From contig JBMRGM010000038.1 of NCBI GenBank assembly GCA_052327205.1, forward strand, positions 9,300,001 through 9,364,000: a DNA stretch of 64,000 nt, read 5' to 3'. Origin of the DNA: Somniosus microcephalus (taxonomy: Eukaryota). The position numbers and the translations under genes are program-made. The notes below the pieces were generated by a model that was given only the letters and a program-made list of their open reading frames with translations, did no database searches and had not been told where the DNA came from. Positions 48,656 through 61,100 of this stretch are shown piece after piece (position 1 is the first letter of the stretch; each line of letters begins with the position of its first letter).

Positions 48656-49341
48656 GTGTTAATGGCATTTCTGCAGCTCATCACTTCCGCATTGAGAAAG
48701 TTTCAGACTGGGAGCTTGTTCAATGCTGCTCGAAGACTCAGTGGCCGGGATATCATCTCCCCCGGGGTTTTCCTGAGCCTATGTTCGGTGTATGGGGAGG
48801 TTTGGCCCGGGTCCCTGGTATCTTGCAGCCCAGGTATTGACAATAACAATCTGAGCTCTGAAGTTGGGGAAGAGCGAATAATTAATGGGTTTGTTTCTGC
48901 ATCTGAACTGCGACTTAGATCTGTTGGCATTAACGGAGGCCGGGGCTGTGAATTATAACATTTTGTTGTCATTTAATCAGAGGAATATCCACAATCAGGA
49001 GCTGATAAGGATCATGAGCTGAAAAAAACACGACAAAAATGATAAGAAATGTCAGCAATTGTGATAAACCGTTTAATGTGTTTTCTGGTAGCGTATTAGT
49101 TCAAATGTTTTAATCACCATTCATTAACCGATACCATCACTCTGCAGAATGAAAGAAATGCTCAAACTGAGGGGCAGTCAAAACTTCAATAATTTGCGAA
49201 ACATTATTCATTGATGAAGTTTTATCCCCTATCTGAAATTACACACTATGTATTTTAGGAGGTTTGTTTAAAATATTCATTGCTTCTGATACAAGGAACC
49301 AGTTAAATTAATTTCACAGAAAAAATACACTTGAACATAAT

Positions 49342-49436
49342 GGCCCCGAATTTCGGGTCTCCACGGGTGAGTACGCATGGGGTACTCACCCGTAGGCCCA
49401 ATGGAAGTGCCGGTTTTCTGCATGCACTGCGCAGAT
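49342..49436. mobile_element. Probable MITE end truncated by the satellite
   Basis: ggccccgaatttc resembles the TIR of the 33565 MITE; followed by a perfect 12-bp hairpin. Confidence 0.45.
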
Positions 49437-52400
49437 ATACTGACAGACCAGACAGTCCAGAGAGATAGACCGACAGACAGACAAGCCAAAGAGACCAGAC
49501 AGACAGACCAGACAGAACAACATACAGAAAGACAGATAGGCCAGACGTACCGGGCAGAGAGACAGACCGACAGACAGACAGATAGACAGACCGAACGGTC
49601 CAGACAGACAGATAGACAGACAGACAGACCTGACCAGATAGACGTGCAGACCTGACAGAGAGACAGATAGGCCAGACAGAAAGAGAGGCCGACAGGCAGA
49701 GACAGACCATATGCATTAGATAGACTAGACCGACTGAACAACAGACAGACAGACAACCAGACAGCAGACCAGACAGACAGAACGACAGATAGACAGACAA
49801 CTGAGACCGACAGGTAGACTGACAGAGAGGCAGACAGACAAACCAGAAAGACCAGACAGACGAGACAGACGAGAGAGACCTGACAGTCAGACAGACCAGA
49901 CAGACAGACTGGATGACAGGCAGACAGACAGACCATACAGATCAGACAGCGCAGACAGACAGACCAACAGACAGACAGACAGAATGATGAGACAGACCTG
50001 ACAGTCAGACAGACAGAGAGACAGACTGGCTGACAGGCAGACAGGCAGAGAGACAGAGTGGCAGACAGGCTAACCAGGCAGACCAGAGAGACACACAGAC
50101 AGACAGACAGACAGACAGACCAGTCAGATAGACCAACAGACAGACAGAGCGAGAGACCGACAGACAGGCAGACAAACCGACCAACAAAGCAAGAGACAGA
50201 CAAGACCGACCTGACAGTCAGACAAATTACCGACAGACAAGCCAGAAGGCAAACAGACAGACACAGACAGACAAGATAGAGCTGACAGTGAGACACACAG
50301 AGAGACAGACCAGACATACCATCAGACAGACAGAAAGACCAGACAGACCGACAGACAGACAGAAAGGCAAGGCAGACCAGGTGGACAGATATGCAGACCG
50401 CCAAACAGAGAGATAGACCAGAAAACAGAAAGATAGACAGAGTGACAGCCAGAAAGAGACAGACCAGACAGAACAGACAGACAGACGAGACCAACAGACA
50501 GACCGACAGACAGACAGAGAGGCAGACAGATGAACCAGACAGACCAGAGAGACACCCAGACCAACAGACAGACATACCAGGCAGATAGACCAGCAGACCA
50601 GATAGAGCAAAAGACTGAGAGGCCTACAGACAGACCGACAGACAGATAGAAAAGCAAAGCAAGGCAGACCAGGTGGACAGATATGCAGACTGCCGAACAG
50701 AGAGATAGACCAGAAAACAGACAGATAGACAGAGTGATAGCCATAAAGAGACAGACCAGACAGAATAGACAGAACAGACAGGCAGATGAGATCGACAGAC
50801 AGACCGACAGACAGACAGAAAGGCAGACAGACGAAGCAGACAGACCAGAGAGACACACAGACCAACAGACAGACAGCCAGACAGAAAGACCAGACAGATA
50901 GACTAGCAGACCAGATAGAGCGACAGAGAGGCAGACAGATGAACCAGACAGACCAGAGAGACACACGGCCCAACAAACAGACAGACAGACCAGACAGATA
51001 GGCCAACAGAACAGATAGAGTGACAGAGAGAACAGAGAGACAGATCAGACAGAACAGACAGACAGACAGACAAACACACAAAGACAAAGACAAGTCAGAC
51101 CTGGCAGTCAACCAGACCGACAGACAGACAAACAGACCAGACAGAACAAACAGACCAACAGACAGACAGAAAAGACAGACATGACAGTGAGACAGAGAGA
51201 TAGACAGGCCAGACAGACAGACAGGACTACAGGCAGATAGGCAGACAGACAGACCAGACTGAATAGACTGTCGGACAGACTAGTCAGACAGACAGAGTGA
51301 CAGCCAGACAAGACAGTCAGACAGACCAGACAGACAGACCAGACATACAGACAGACCGACCAACAGGCAGACAAACAGACCAGACTGACCAGACAGTTTG
51401 ATAGACTAGCCAGACAGACAGACGGACAGCCAGACCTGACAGACAGACCAGACAAACATACCAGTCATACAGACAGACAGACCAGACAGACCAACTGACA
51501 GACAGAAAGACAAGGTAGACCAGATGGACAGATAGACAGAGCGACAGACAGACAGACCGAAAAACAGACAGATAGACAGAGTGACAGCCAGAAAGAGAAA
51601 GACCAAACAGGCAGCTAGATAGACCAGTCAGAGCAGACATGCAGATAGACAGTCTGACAGACAGAGAGAGATGCAGAGGAACAGGAAACGGATGAGACAA
51701 GACAGACAGACAGACCGACCAGACAGAAGGACTGACAGATGAGATAGATATGACATACAGACCAGATTTGCAGACAGACAGGCCGACAGGCATATAGGCA
51801 GACATACAGACCATACAGATTAGACAGACCAGACAGACAGTCAGAATGACAGACAGAGAGAGAGACTGCAAGACAGACAGACAGGCAGACAGACAGACCA
51901 GTCAGATAGACCAACAGTCCACATAAACAGACAGACCAAGAGACCATATAGACAGATCAGACAGACAGAACAACAAAGGGAGAGACAGAAAGTCAGACCT
52001 GACAGTCAGACAAAGAGACAGACAGACAGGCAGACAGCCATACCAGAGAGGACAGACAGACCAACAGACAGACAAGACAAACATGACAGTCAGATAGACA
52101 GGCAGGCAGACAGACCAGACAGACATACAGACTAGACAGGCAGACAGACTGGACATACAGAGAGAACGCCTGACAGACAGGCCAGACCGGATGGAACATC
52201 AGACAGGCAGAAAGACAGCCAGACAGACCACCAGACAGACAGACCGAAAAACAGACAGATAGAAACAGAGACTGCCAGAAAGATTGAGCAGACAGGCAGA
52301 TAGACAGACCTGACATACAGATAGAGAGTCCGAAAGACACACAGACAGAGACACAGGCTGAATGACAGATGGACCAGACAGAACAGACAGACAGGCAGAC

Positions 52401-54249
52401 AGACAGACATACTGACAGACAGGCAGACCAGGCATATGGACAGTCAGACAGACAGATGAGACAGACATGACAGTAAGACAGACAGACCAGACATACATAC
52501 AGACAGTCCAACAGGTAGACAGGCAGACATAAAGACCATACAGATTTGACAGACCAGACAGACAGAATGACAGAGAGACAGATCGACAGCAAGACAGGCA
52601 GTCCAGACTGAGAGACCAACAGACAGGCAGACAGATCATCAGACAGAATGACTGAGAGACAGACAAGACAGACAGGCAGACAGATATTCAGAGAGAAAGT
52701 AAAGGCAGCCCAGATGGACAGACGGACAGACCATGAGTCAAACAGACAGACAGAACAAAGAAGAAACAGATAGACAGAGAGACAGCCAGACCAGGCAGAC
52801 AAAAGACCAACAGCCATACAGATAGAAAGAGACAGACCAGACACACCAGACACACCAACAGACCAGGCATAACACACAGACCAACAGATAGACAGATAAG
52901 ACTGACCTGACAGTGAGAGAGACAGATAGACCAAACAGATAGAGAGACCAGACAGTCCAGACTGACAGACAGACAATCTAGACAGAAGAGAAAGAGAGAC
53001 CGAGAGGCTGAGAGACAGGCTGACATAAAGATAAGACAGATCAGACAGACAGACAAGCAGACCGACAGACAGGCAGCGAGATAGACAGAGGAGACAGACA
53101 GAACAGACAGACATACAGTCAGACCAGCTGACAGGCAAACATGCAAATAGACAGACAGAGAGCGCAGACAGACAGACACATCAGACAGGCCAGACAGGCT
53201 GACAGACAGACAGACCAACAGACAGACATGCAGATAGACAAATAGACAGAGAGGTCAGACAGGCAAGACAGACAGACTGACAGACAGACAGTCCAAACAG
53301 AGCAGACCGACAGACAGACAGACAGACAAGACAGAACAACAGAGAGAAAGATTGACAGACCAGATGTACCAGGCAGATAGGCAGACCAACAGACAGGCAG
53401 ATAGGTATATCAGAGAGTGCAGAGTGACAGAACAGACAAATAGACCCGACAGAACAGACAGACAGACGGACAGAGAGACCGACAGAAAGAATAACAGATA
53501 CACAGAACGACAGGCCAGACAGGTCAAGCAGAGAAATTGACAGACAGACAATCCCAACAGACCAGACAGACAGACAGAAAGACAGACTGTCAGACTAGAC
53601 AGAACGACATACAGAAAGACTGACAGACCAGACGTACCAGGCAGAGAGACAGACAGACAGCTAGAAATACCAGGCAGTCCAGAGAGACAGAAAGAGAGAA
53701 AGACAAGACAGACTAGGCAGACAGACAAGCAGACCGACAGACAGGCAGACAGACAGAAAGACAGAGAGGCAGACAAATTAACCAGACAGACCAGAGAGAC
53801 ACACAGGCCAACGGACAGACAGACCAGGCAGATAGACAAACAGACCAGATAGACAGACAGACCTGGAGACTGACAGACAGCCAGAGAGTACAGACAGACA
53901 AGCAGACTGACGGACAGGCAGTGAGATAGAACGATGGATAAGACAGTCCAGACCGACATACATACAGGCAGACAATCCAAGCAGAGCAGACAAACAGACA
54001 GACCAGACAGAGCGACAAACAGAAAGACTGACAGACCAGACAGATAGACAGACCAACAGACAGGCAGATAGACATATCAGACAGTGCAGAGCGACAGACC
54101 AGAGAGAACATACAGACAGAGAGAGACAGCCATGCAGATAGACAGAATGACAGGCCAGAAGGGTCAAACAGACAAATTGACAGACAGACAATCCCAATAG
54201 ACGAAACAGACAGACGGAAAGACAGACAGACAGACCAGAGAGAACGCCA

Positions 54250-54330
54250 TACAGAAAATGCTGGACCAACTCAGCAGGTCAGGCAGCATTTGCAAAATGA
54301 GAAACAGAGTTAACGTTTCAGGTCGATGAA
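54250..54330 (-). mobile_element. Penelope pLTR fragment inside the satellite
   Basis: acagaaaatgctgg..actcagcaggtcaggcagcat..gaaacagagttaacgtttcaggtc matches 9420-9500. Confidence 0.8.
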
Positions 54331-54467
54331 TTACACAAACGGAAAGAATGACAGAGCAGACGTACCAGGTGCAGAAAGACTGACAGACCAGATGTACCAG
54401 GCAGAGAGACAGACAGACAGACAGACAGATAGATAGACAGACCAGACAGTCCAGACAGACAGACAAG

Positions 54468-55120
54468 GTAAGCATGCAGGTGCAGCAGGTGGTTAAGAAG
54501 GCAAATGGTATGTTGGCCTTTGTAGCGAGAGGGTTCGAGTACAGGAACAAGGATGTCTTGCTGCAGTTGTACAGGGTCTTGGTGAGACCACACCTTGAAT
54601 ATTGTGTGCAGTTTTGCTCGCCTTGTCTGAGCAAGGATGTTCTCGCCATGGAGGGAGTGCAGCAAAGATTCACCAGACTGATACTTGGGATGGCAGGAAT
54701 GACGTATAAGGAGAAGTTGGGTCGATTGGTCTTATACTCGCTAGAGTTTAGAAGAATGATCTCATTGAAACTTATAAAATTCTAACAGGACTAGACAGAC
54801 TAGATGCAGGAAGGATGTTCCCGATGGCGGGGGAGTCCAGAACCAGGAGTCACAGTCTAAAGATAAGGGGTAAGCCATTTAGGACAGTGATGAGGAGGAA
54901 TTTCTTCACCCAGAGAGTGGTGAACCTGTGGAATTCTCTAGCACAGAAGGCAATTGAGGTCAATTCATTAAATATATTCAAGAAGGAGTTAGATATATTT
55001 CTTAAGGGATCAAGGGATATGGGGAGAAGGCAGGGACAGGGTACTGAATTTGGATGATCAGCCATGATCTGATTGAATGGTGCAGCAGGCTCGAGGGGCC
55101 TATGTTTCTATGTTTCTATG
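54468..55120 (+). mobile_element. 5'-truncated CR1 LINE inside the satellite
   Basis: MQVQQVVKKANGMLAF..LVRPHLEYCVQF; very similar to 21805-22490; ends in (TATGTTTC)n. Confidence 0.92.
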
Positions 55121-58100
55121 AAAGACAAGACAGACTAGGCAGGCAGACAAGTAGACCGACAGGCAGACAGATAGACAGACAGACCAGAGAGACAGACCGT
55201 CAGTCAGAAGAGAGACAGGCATAGAGCCTAGGCAGACCAATCAGATAGACAGGAAGAGAGACCGACAGAAAAACAGACCGACAGACACAGAATACAGACC
55301 GACACACCAGACAGACCAGAAAAAACAGGCAGACAGACTGGCAAGCCAGATCAGACAGAGAGTCAGACAGACAGACCGACAGACAGAGAGACAGACATAG
55401 ACAGACAAACAGAGCAGATAGACAGACCAGACAGACTGGAGAGACTGACTGACAGACATACTGTTAGAGAGAACAGACAGACCAGACAGACAGACAGACA
55501 GAGACAGAATGACAAGACAGGACAGACAGACAAGTAGAGCGACATACAGGCAGGCAGAAAGACAGACAGACCAGACAGCCAGAATGACAGTCAGACTGAC
55601 AGACATAGAGTCCAGACAGACCAGTCAGATAGACAGGCAGACAGACCATCTGAAAAATAGACCGACAGACAGAGAATCCAGACAGACACAACAGACAGGC
55701 TAGACAAACCAGACAGGCAGACAAGGCAGACCAGAAAAAGAGACAGACAGACAGACTGACAGATATACAGACAGAGAGACAGACAAACGGAGCAGACAGA
55801 GCAGGCAGACAGAACAGACAGACAAGACATACCGACAGACAGACAGACAGACGGAGAAGACAGACAGACCAACAGAAATTGACAGACAGACAGAAGGACA
55901 AGACAGACCAGACAGGCGGTCAAGCAGACTGACAATCAGGCAGACAGATAGAATGCCAGACCAGACAGACAGAATGTCAGTCAGACAGACAGACATATAT
56001 AGAGTACAGGCATACCAGTCTAATAGATATACAGACAGAAAGAAAGACCGACAGACAGAGAGAGCATCCAGACAGACAGACACACCAGACTGACTAAACA
56101 AACCAGATGGACAGACAAGCCAGACCAGGAAGAGAATCAGATAGACAGACTGACAAACAGACAAACAAACAGAGCAGACAGACAGAGCAGACAGACTAGA
56201 CAGGCAGACATAGATAACGATTGACAGAGAAGACAGGTAGACAGACAATAAGGCAGACAGACAGACAGACCAAACAGGCCAGGCAGACAGAGCGACAGAC
56301 AGACAATCCAAACACACCAGACATACAGACAGAAAGACAAGACAGACCAGACAGACAGACAAGCAGAACGACAGACAGGGAGAGAGAGAGAGACAGATGG
56401 ACCAGACAGACCAGACAGACAGACATACCGACAGACAGACATAGAGACAGATATAGAGTCCAGGCAGACCAGTCAGATTGATAGGCAAACACATCGGCAG
56501 ACATAGAGACTGACAGACAGAGGAGCCAGACCGACAGACAGAACAGACAGACCAGAAAGAGCAGATAGGCAGCCAGAACAGACAGACATACAGATCATAC
56601 ATGCAAGACAGAGAGTCAGGCAGACAGAGCAGACAGACAGACCAGATGGAAAGAGAGACAGACCAACCGACAGACAGAGAGACAGACAGCCACACCAGAC
56701 AGACAGACAGACCAGACAGACAAGACAGACTTACGAGAGAGACCGACAAACAGGCATACAGATAGACAGGCAGACCAGACAGGCCAGGCAGACAGACCAA
56801 CATACAGACAAACAATCTAAACAGACAAGACAGAAAGAAAGACAGGCCGACAGAGAGAAAGACAAGACAGACCAGACAGACAGACAAGCAGGCTGACAGT
56901 CAGGCAGCGAGATAGACAGGTGGACCAGACAGACATTCAGAGCGACAGAGAGACATACAGACAGGGATAGAGTTCAGGCAGACAAGTCAGATTAACTGTT
57001 AGAGTCACCGACAGACAGACAGGCCGATAGGAAGACAGAGAATCCAGACAGACAGAACAGAGTGACAGGATGGAGCAGACAGAAAGACAGACCAAACAAA
57101 CATATAGCCCGGGAATACCAGACAGAGAATCAGAAAGACAGAAAAACAGACAGACAGAGAGAGAGACAGATAGACAGAGCAGACAGACAGACAGACAGAT
57201 TGAGAGACAGGCAGACAGAACAGACAGACCAGAGAGACAGACAGACAGCCAGACCACACAGGCAGACCAGACCGAGAGAGCAGACATACAGACAGACCGA
57301 TCGACAGGCAGACAGAGAGACCAGACCACACAGGCCTTCAGACAGACAGACCAGGCAGACAGACAGACCGACAGACAGACAGAGAAGGCAAACCAGATGG
57401 GCATATAGACAGACCGCCAGACAAACAGACAGACAGAATAACAGACAGATAGTCACAGAGACAGCCAGAAATAGACAGCCCAGACAGACCAACGGTCAGA
57501 AAGACAGACTGACAGAAAGACCAGACAGACCAGTAGAGAGACAGACAGACAGAACGACAAGGCAAACCAGATGGACAGATAGACCGCAAGTCAGACAGAC
57601 AGAATGAAAAAGAGATAAATAAACAGAGAGACAACCAGACCAGACAGACAACAGTCTGACAGACAGACAGATAGAGACAGTCCCGACAGACCAGACAGAG
57701 AGGCAGACAGACAAACCAGGCAGACCAGAGAGAAACACAGACCAACAGACAGACAGACCAAGTGACCGACGGACAGACAGACAGAACAACAAACAGAGAG
57801 ACAGACAAGTCAGATGCGACAGTCAGACAAACAGACTGACAGACAGACAGACCAGACAGGCAAACAGACAGACAGACAAGACAGACCTGACAGTGATACA
57901 GACAGATAAACCGACCAGACAGATGGACAAACTGACAGGCAGACAGAAAAACAGACAGACCAGACAGACGTACAAGACAGACAGACAGACCAGACAGAAC
58001 AGACCAACAGACCAGACATACAGACCGACCGACCGACAGGGAGACAGACAGAGCAGACCGGGTGGACCAACAGACAAACAGATGGACAGAAAGACAAGGC

Positions 58101-61100
58101 AGACCAGATGGACCGACAGACAGGCTGTGAGCCAGACAGACAGAACAGAAAATAGACAAATAATCAGAGAGACCGCCAGATCAGACTGACAACAGACCGA
58201 CAGACAGACAGATAGAAAGAGACAGACCGACAGACCAGACAGACCAGACAGAAAAAACGGACCAGACAGACAGAGTCATACAGACAAACCAGGCAGACCA
58301 GAGAGACACACAGACCAACCGACAGACAAACAGACCAAGAGATGGACAGACAGTCAGAACATCAAACAGAGAGACAGACAAGTCAGACCTGACAGTCAAA
58401 AAAACAGACCAACAGACAGACAGAGAGACCAGACAGAACAGACAGACCAAGAGACAAACAGACAGACAGACACCCAACCAGGTAGTCAGACCAACAGACA
58501 GAGAGAACAGCGGACAGACAGACAACCAAACCAGACAGAGAGAGAGACAGACAAGACAGACAGACAGAACGACAGGCAGACAGATCTGATTAAACAGACC
58601 ATCAGACAGACAGGCAGATAGACTAGACAGACCTGCAAACAGGCAGACAGACAGAAAGATAGACAGAAAGAAAAGGCATACTAGATGGACAGACAAGACA
58701 GACCAGACAGACCAGAATGACAGAGCGACAGACAGACACACCAGACAGACCAGGCAGATAGACAGAACGGCATACAGACAGACAGATGTACCAGACAGAC
58801 CAGACAGACCAGACAGAAAAGAGAGACCAGACAGTCAGAGAGGCAGACAGACAAACCAGGCAGACCAGAGAGACACACAGACCAACAGACAGACAGATAA
58901 TCAGGCCGAGAGACCGACAGACAGACAGAACAACAAACAGAGAGACAGTCAAGTCAGAACAGGCAGTCAGACAAACAGACCGACAGACAGACCAGACAGA
59001 ACAGACAGACAGATCGACAGACAAACAAACAGACCAGACAGACAAACAAACAAGGCAGACAGACCAGACAGACAGACCAGGCTGACAGACCACACATACA
59101 GACCAACTGACCGACAGGCAGACAGACAGAGCAGACCGGGTGTACCAACAGACAGGCAGAAACAAAAGGCAGAACAGATGGACAGATAGACAGGCCGCCA
59201 AACAGACAGACAGAAAAACAAACAGATAGTCATAGAGACAGCCAGAAAGAGACAGCCCAGACAGATCAATGGTCAGAAAGACAGGCAGACAGAAAGACCA
59301 GACAGACCAGTAGTCAGACAGACAGACAGAAAGACCAGACAGACCAGTAGTCAGACAGACAGACAGAAAGACCAGACAGACCAGTAGTCAGACAGACAGA
59401 CAGAAAGACAAGGCAGAACAGATATCAGACAGACCGTGAGCCAGCCAGACAGACCGTGAGCCAGCCAGACAGACAGAACAGAAAAGATACAAATAGTCAG
59501 AGAGGCAGCCAGATCAGGCAGACAACAGACCGACAGACAGACAGATAGAAAGAGACAGACCCGACAGTCCAGACAGACCAGACAGAACAGACAGCCCAGA
59601 CAGAAAAGACAGACCAGACAGACAGAGGCAGACAGACAAACCAGGCAGACGAGAGAGCCAAACAGACCGAGAGACCGACAGACAGACAGGACAACAAACA
59701 GAGAGACTGACAAGTCAGACCTGACAGTCAGAAAAACAGACAGACAGACAGAACAGACAGACCAACAGACAGACAGGCAGACAACCAGGTAGACAGACCA
59801 ACAGACAGATAGAACAGCGGACAGACAGACAACCAAACCAGACAGACAGAGAGACAGGCAAGACAGACAGACAGATGGACAGGCAGACAGAGCTGACTAA
59901 ATGGACTGTCAGACAGACAGACAGATAGACCAGACAGACTGGCAGACAGACAGACAGACAGAAAGACAAGGCATACCAGATGGACAGACAGACACACCAG
60001 GCAGACCAGGCAGATAGACAGAAGGGCATACAGACAGGCAGACGTACTAGAACGTCCAGACAGACAGACCGACTGACAGACATACCTACAGACATATATA
60101 CAGATAGACAGACCAAAAGACAGACTGTCCAGACAGGTAAATAGACAAATCGACAGATAGACCAGGCAGACAGACAGACGGGCAGACAGACAGACATAGC
60201 AGCGAGTCCAGACATACAGATAGAAAGACAGACAGACAGGTCAGGCAGGCTAGACAGACAGACAGACAAAACAAACAGACCAGATAGACAGACAGACAGC
60301 CCGAACAGAACAGACAGACAGGCAGAAAGAGAGTCCATTCAGACATACAGTTAGAAAAACAGACAGACAAATCAGGCAAGCCTGACAGACATACTAACAG
60401 ACAGACAATCCAAACAGACCAGACAAACAGACCAACAGACAACCAGACAAACCGAACAGAATGGCATACAGAACAACAGACATGCCAGGCTAGCAGGCAG
60501 AGAGACAGACCGACAGACAGATGGACAGAGAGTTTTCACAGACAGACAGAGATACCAAACTGTCCAGACAGATAGGCAATACCAACAGACCAGAAAGATA
60601 GACTGAGAGACCGACAGACAGAAAGACAAAACAGATCAGACAAACAGACGAACCAACTGAAAGACAGGCAGAGAGATAGACAGATGGACCAGACAGACCA
60701 GACAGACATACAGACAGAGAGTCCACACAGATAGACCAGAAAGAGCAGACAGACAGACCAGACATACAGAGCAGATATACCAGACAGAGAGCCCGACAGA
60801 CAGAGAAAAGACAGAAAGACACACCAGACGTACAGACTGAGCAGACAGACAGAACAGACAGACAGACAGATCGACAGACAGAGAGAAAGTCAGAGCAGAC
60901 AAACAGACAGACCAGACAGACCAGACTGACCAGACAGACCAGGCAGACCAGGCAGACCAGACAGACCAGACAGACCAGACAGGCAGGCCGACAGACAGAC
61001 CAGACATGTACATAGACAGACTGACAGACAGTCAGACAGACATACCACAACGACAAGGCAGACAGACTGATGGGCAGACAGACAGACAGAAGTACCAGAC

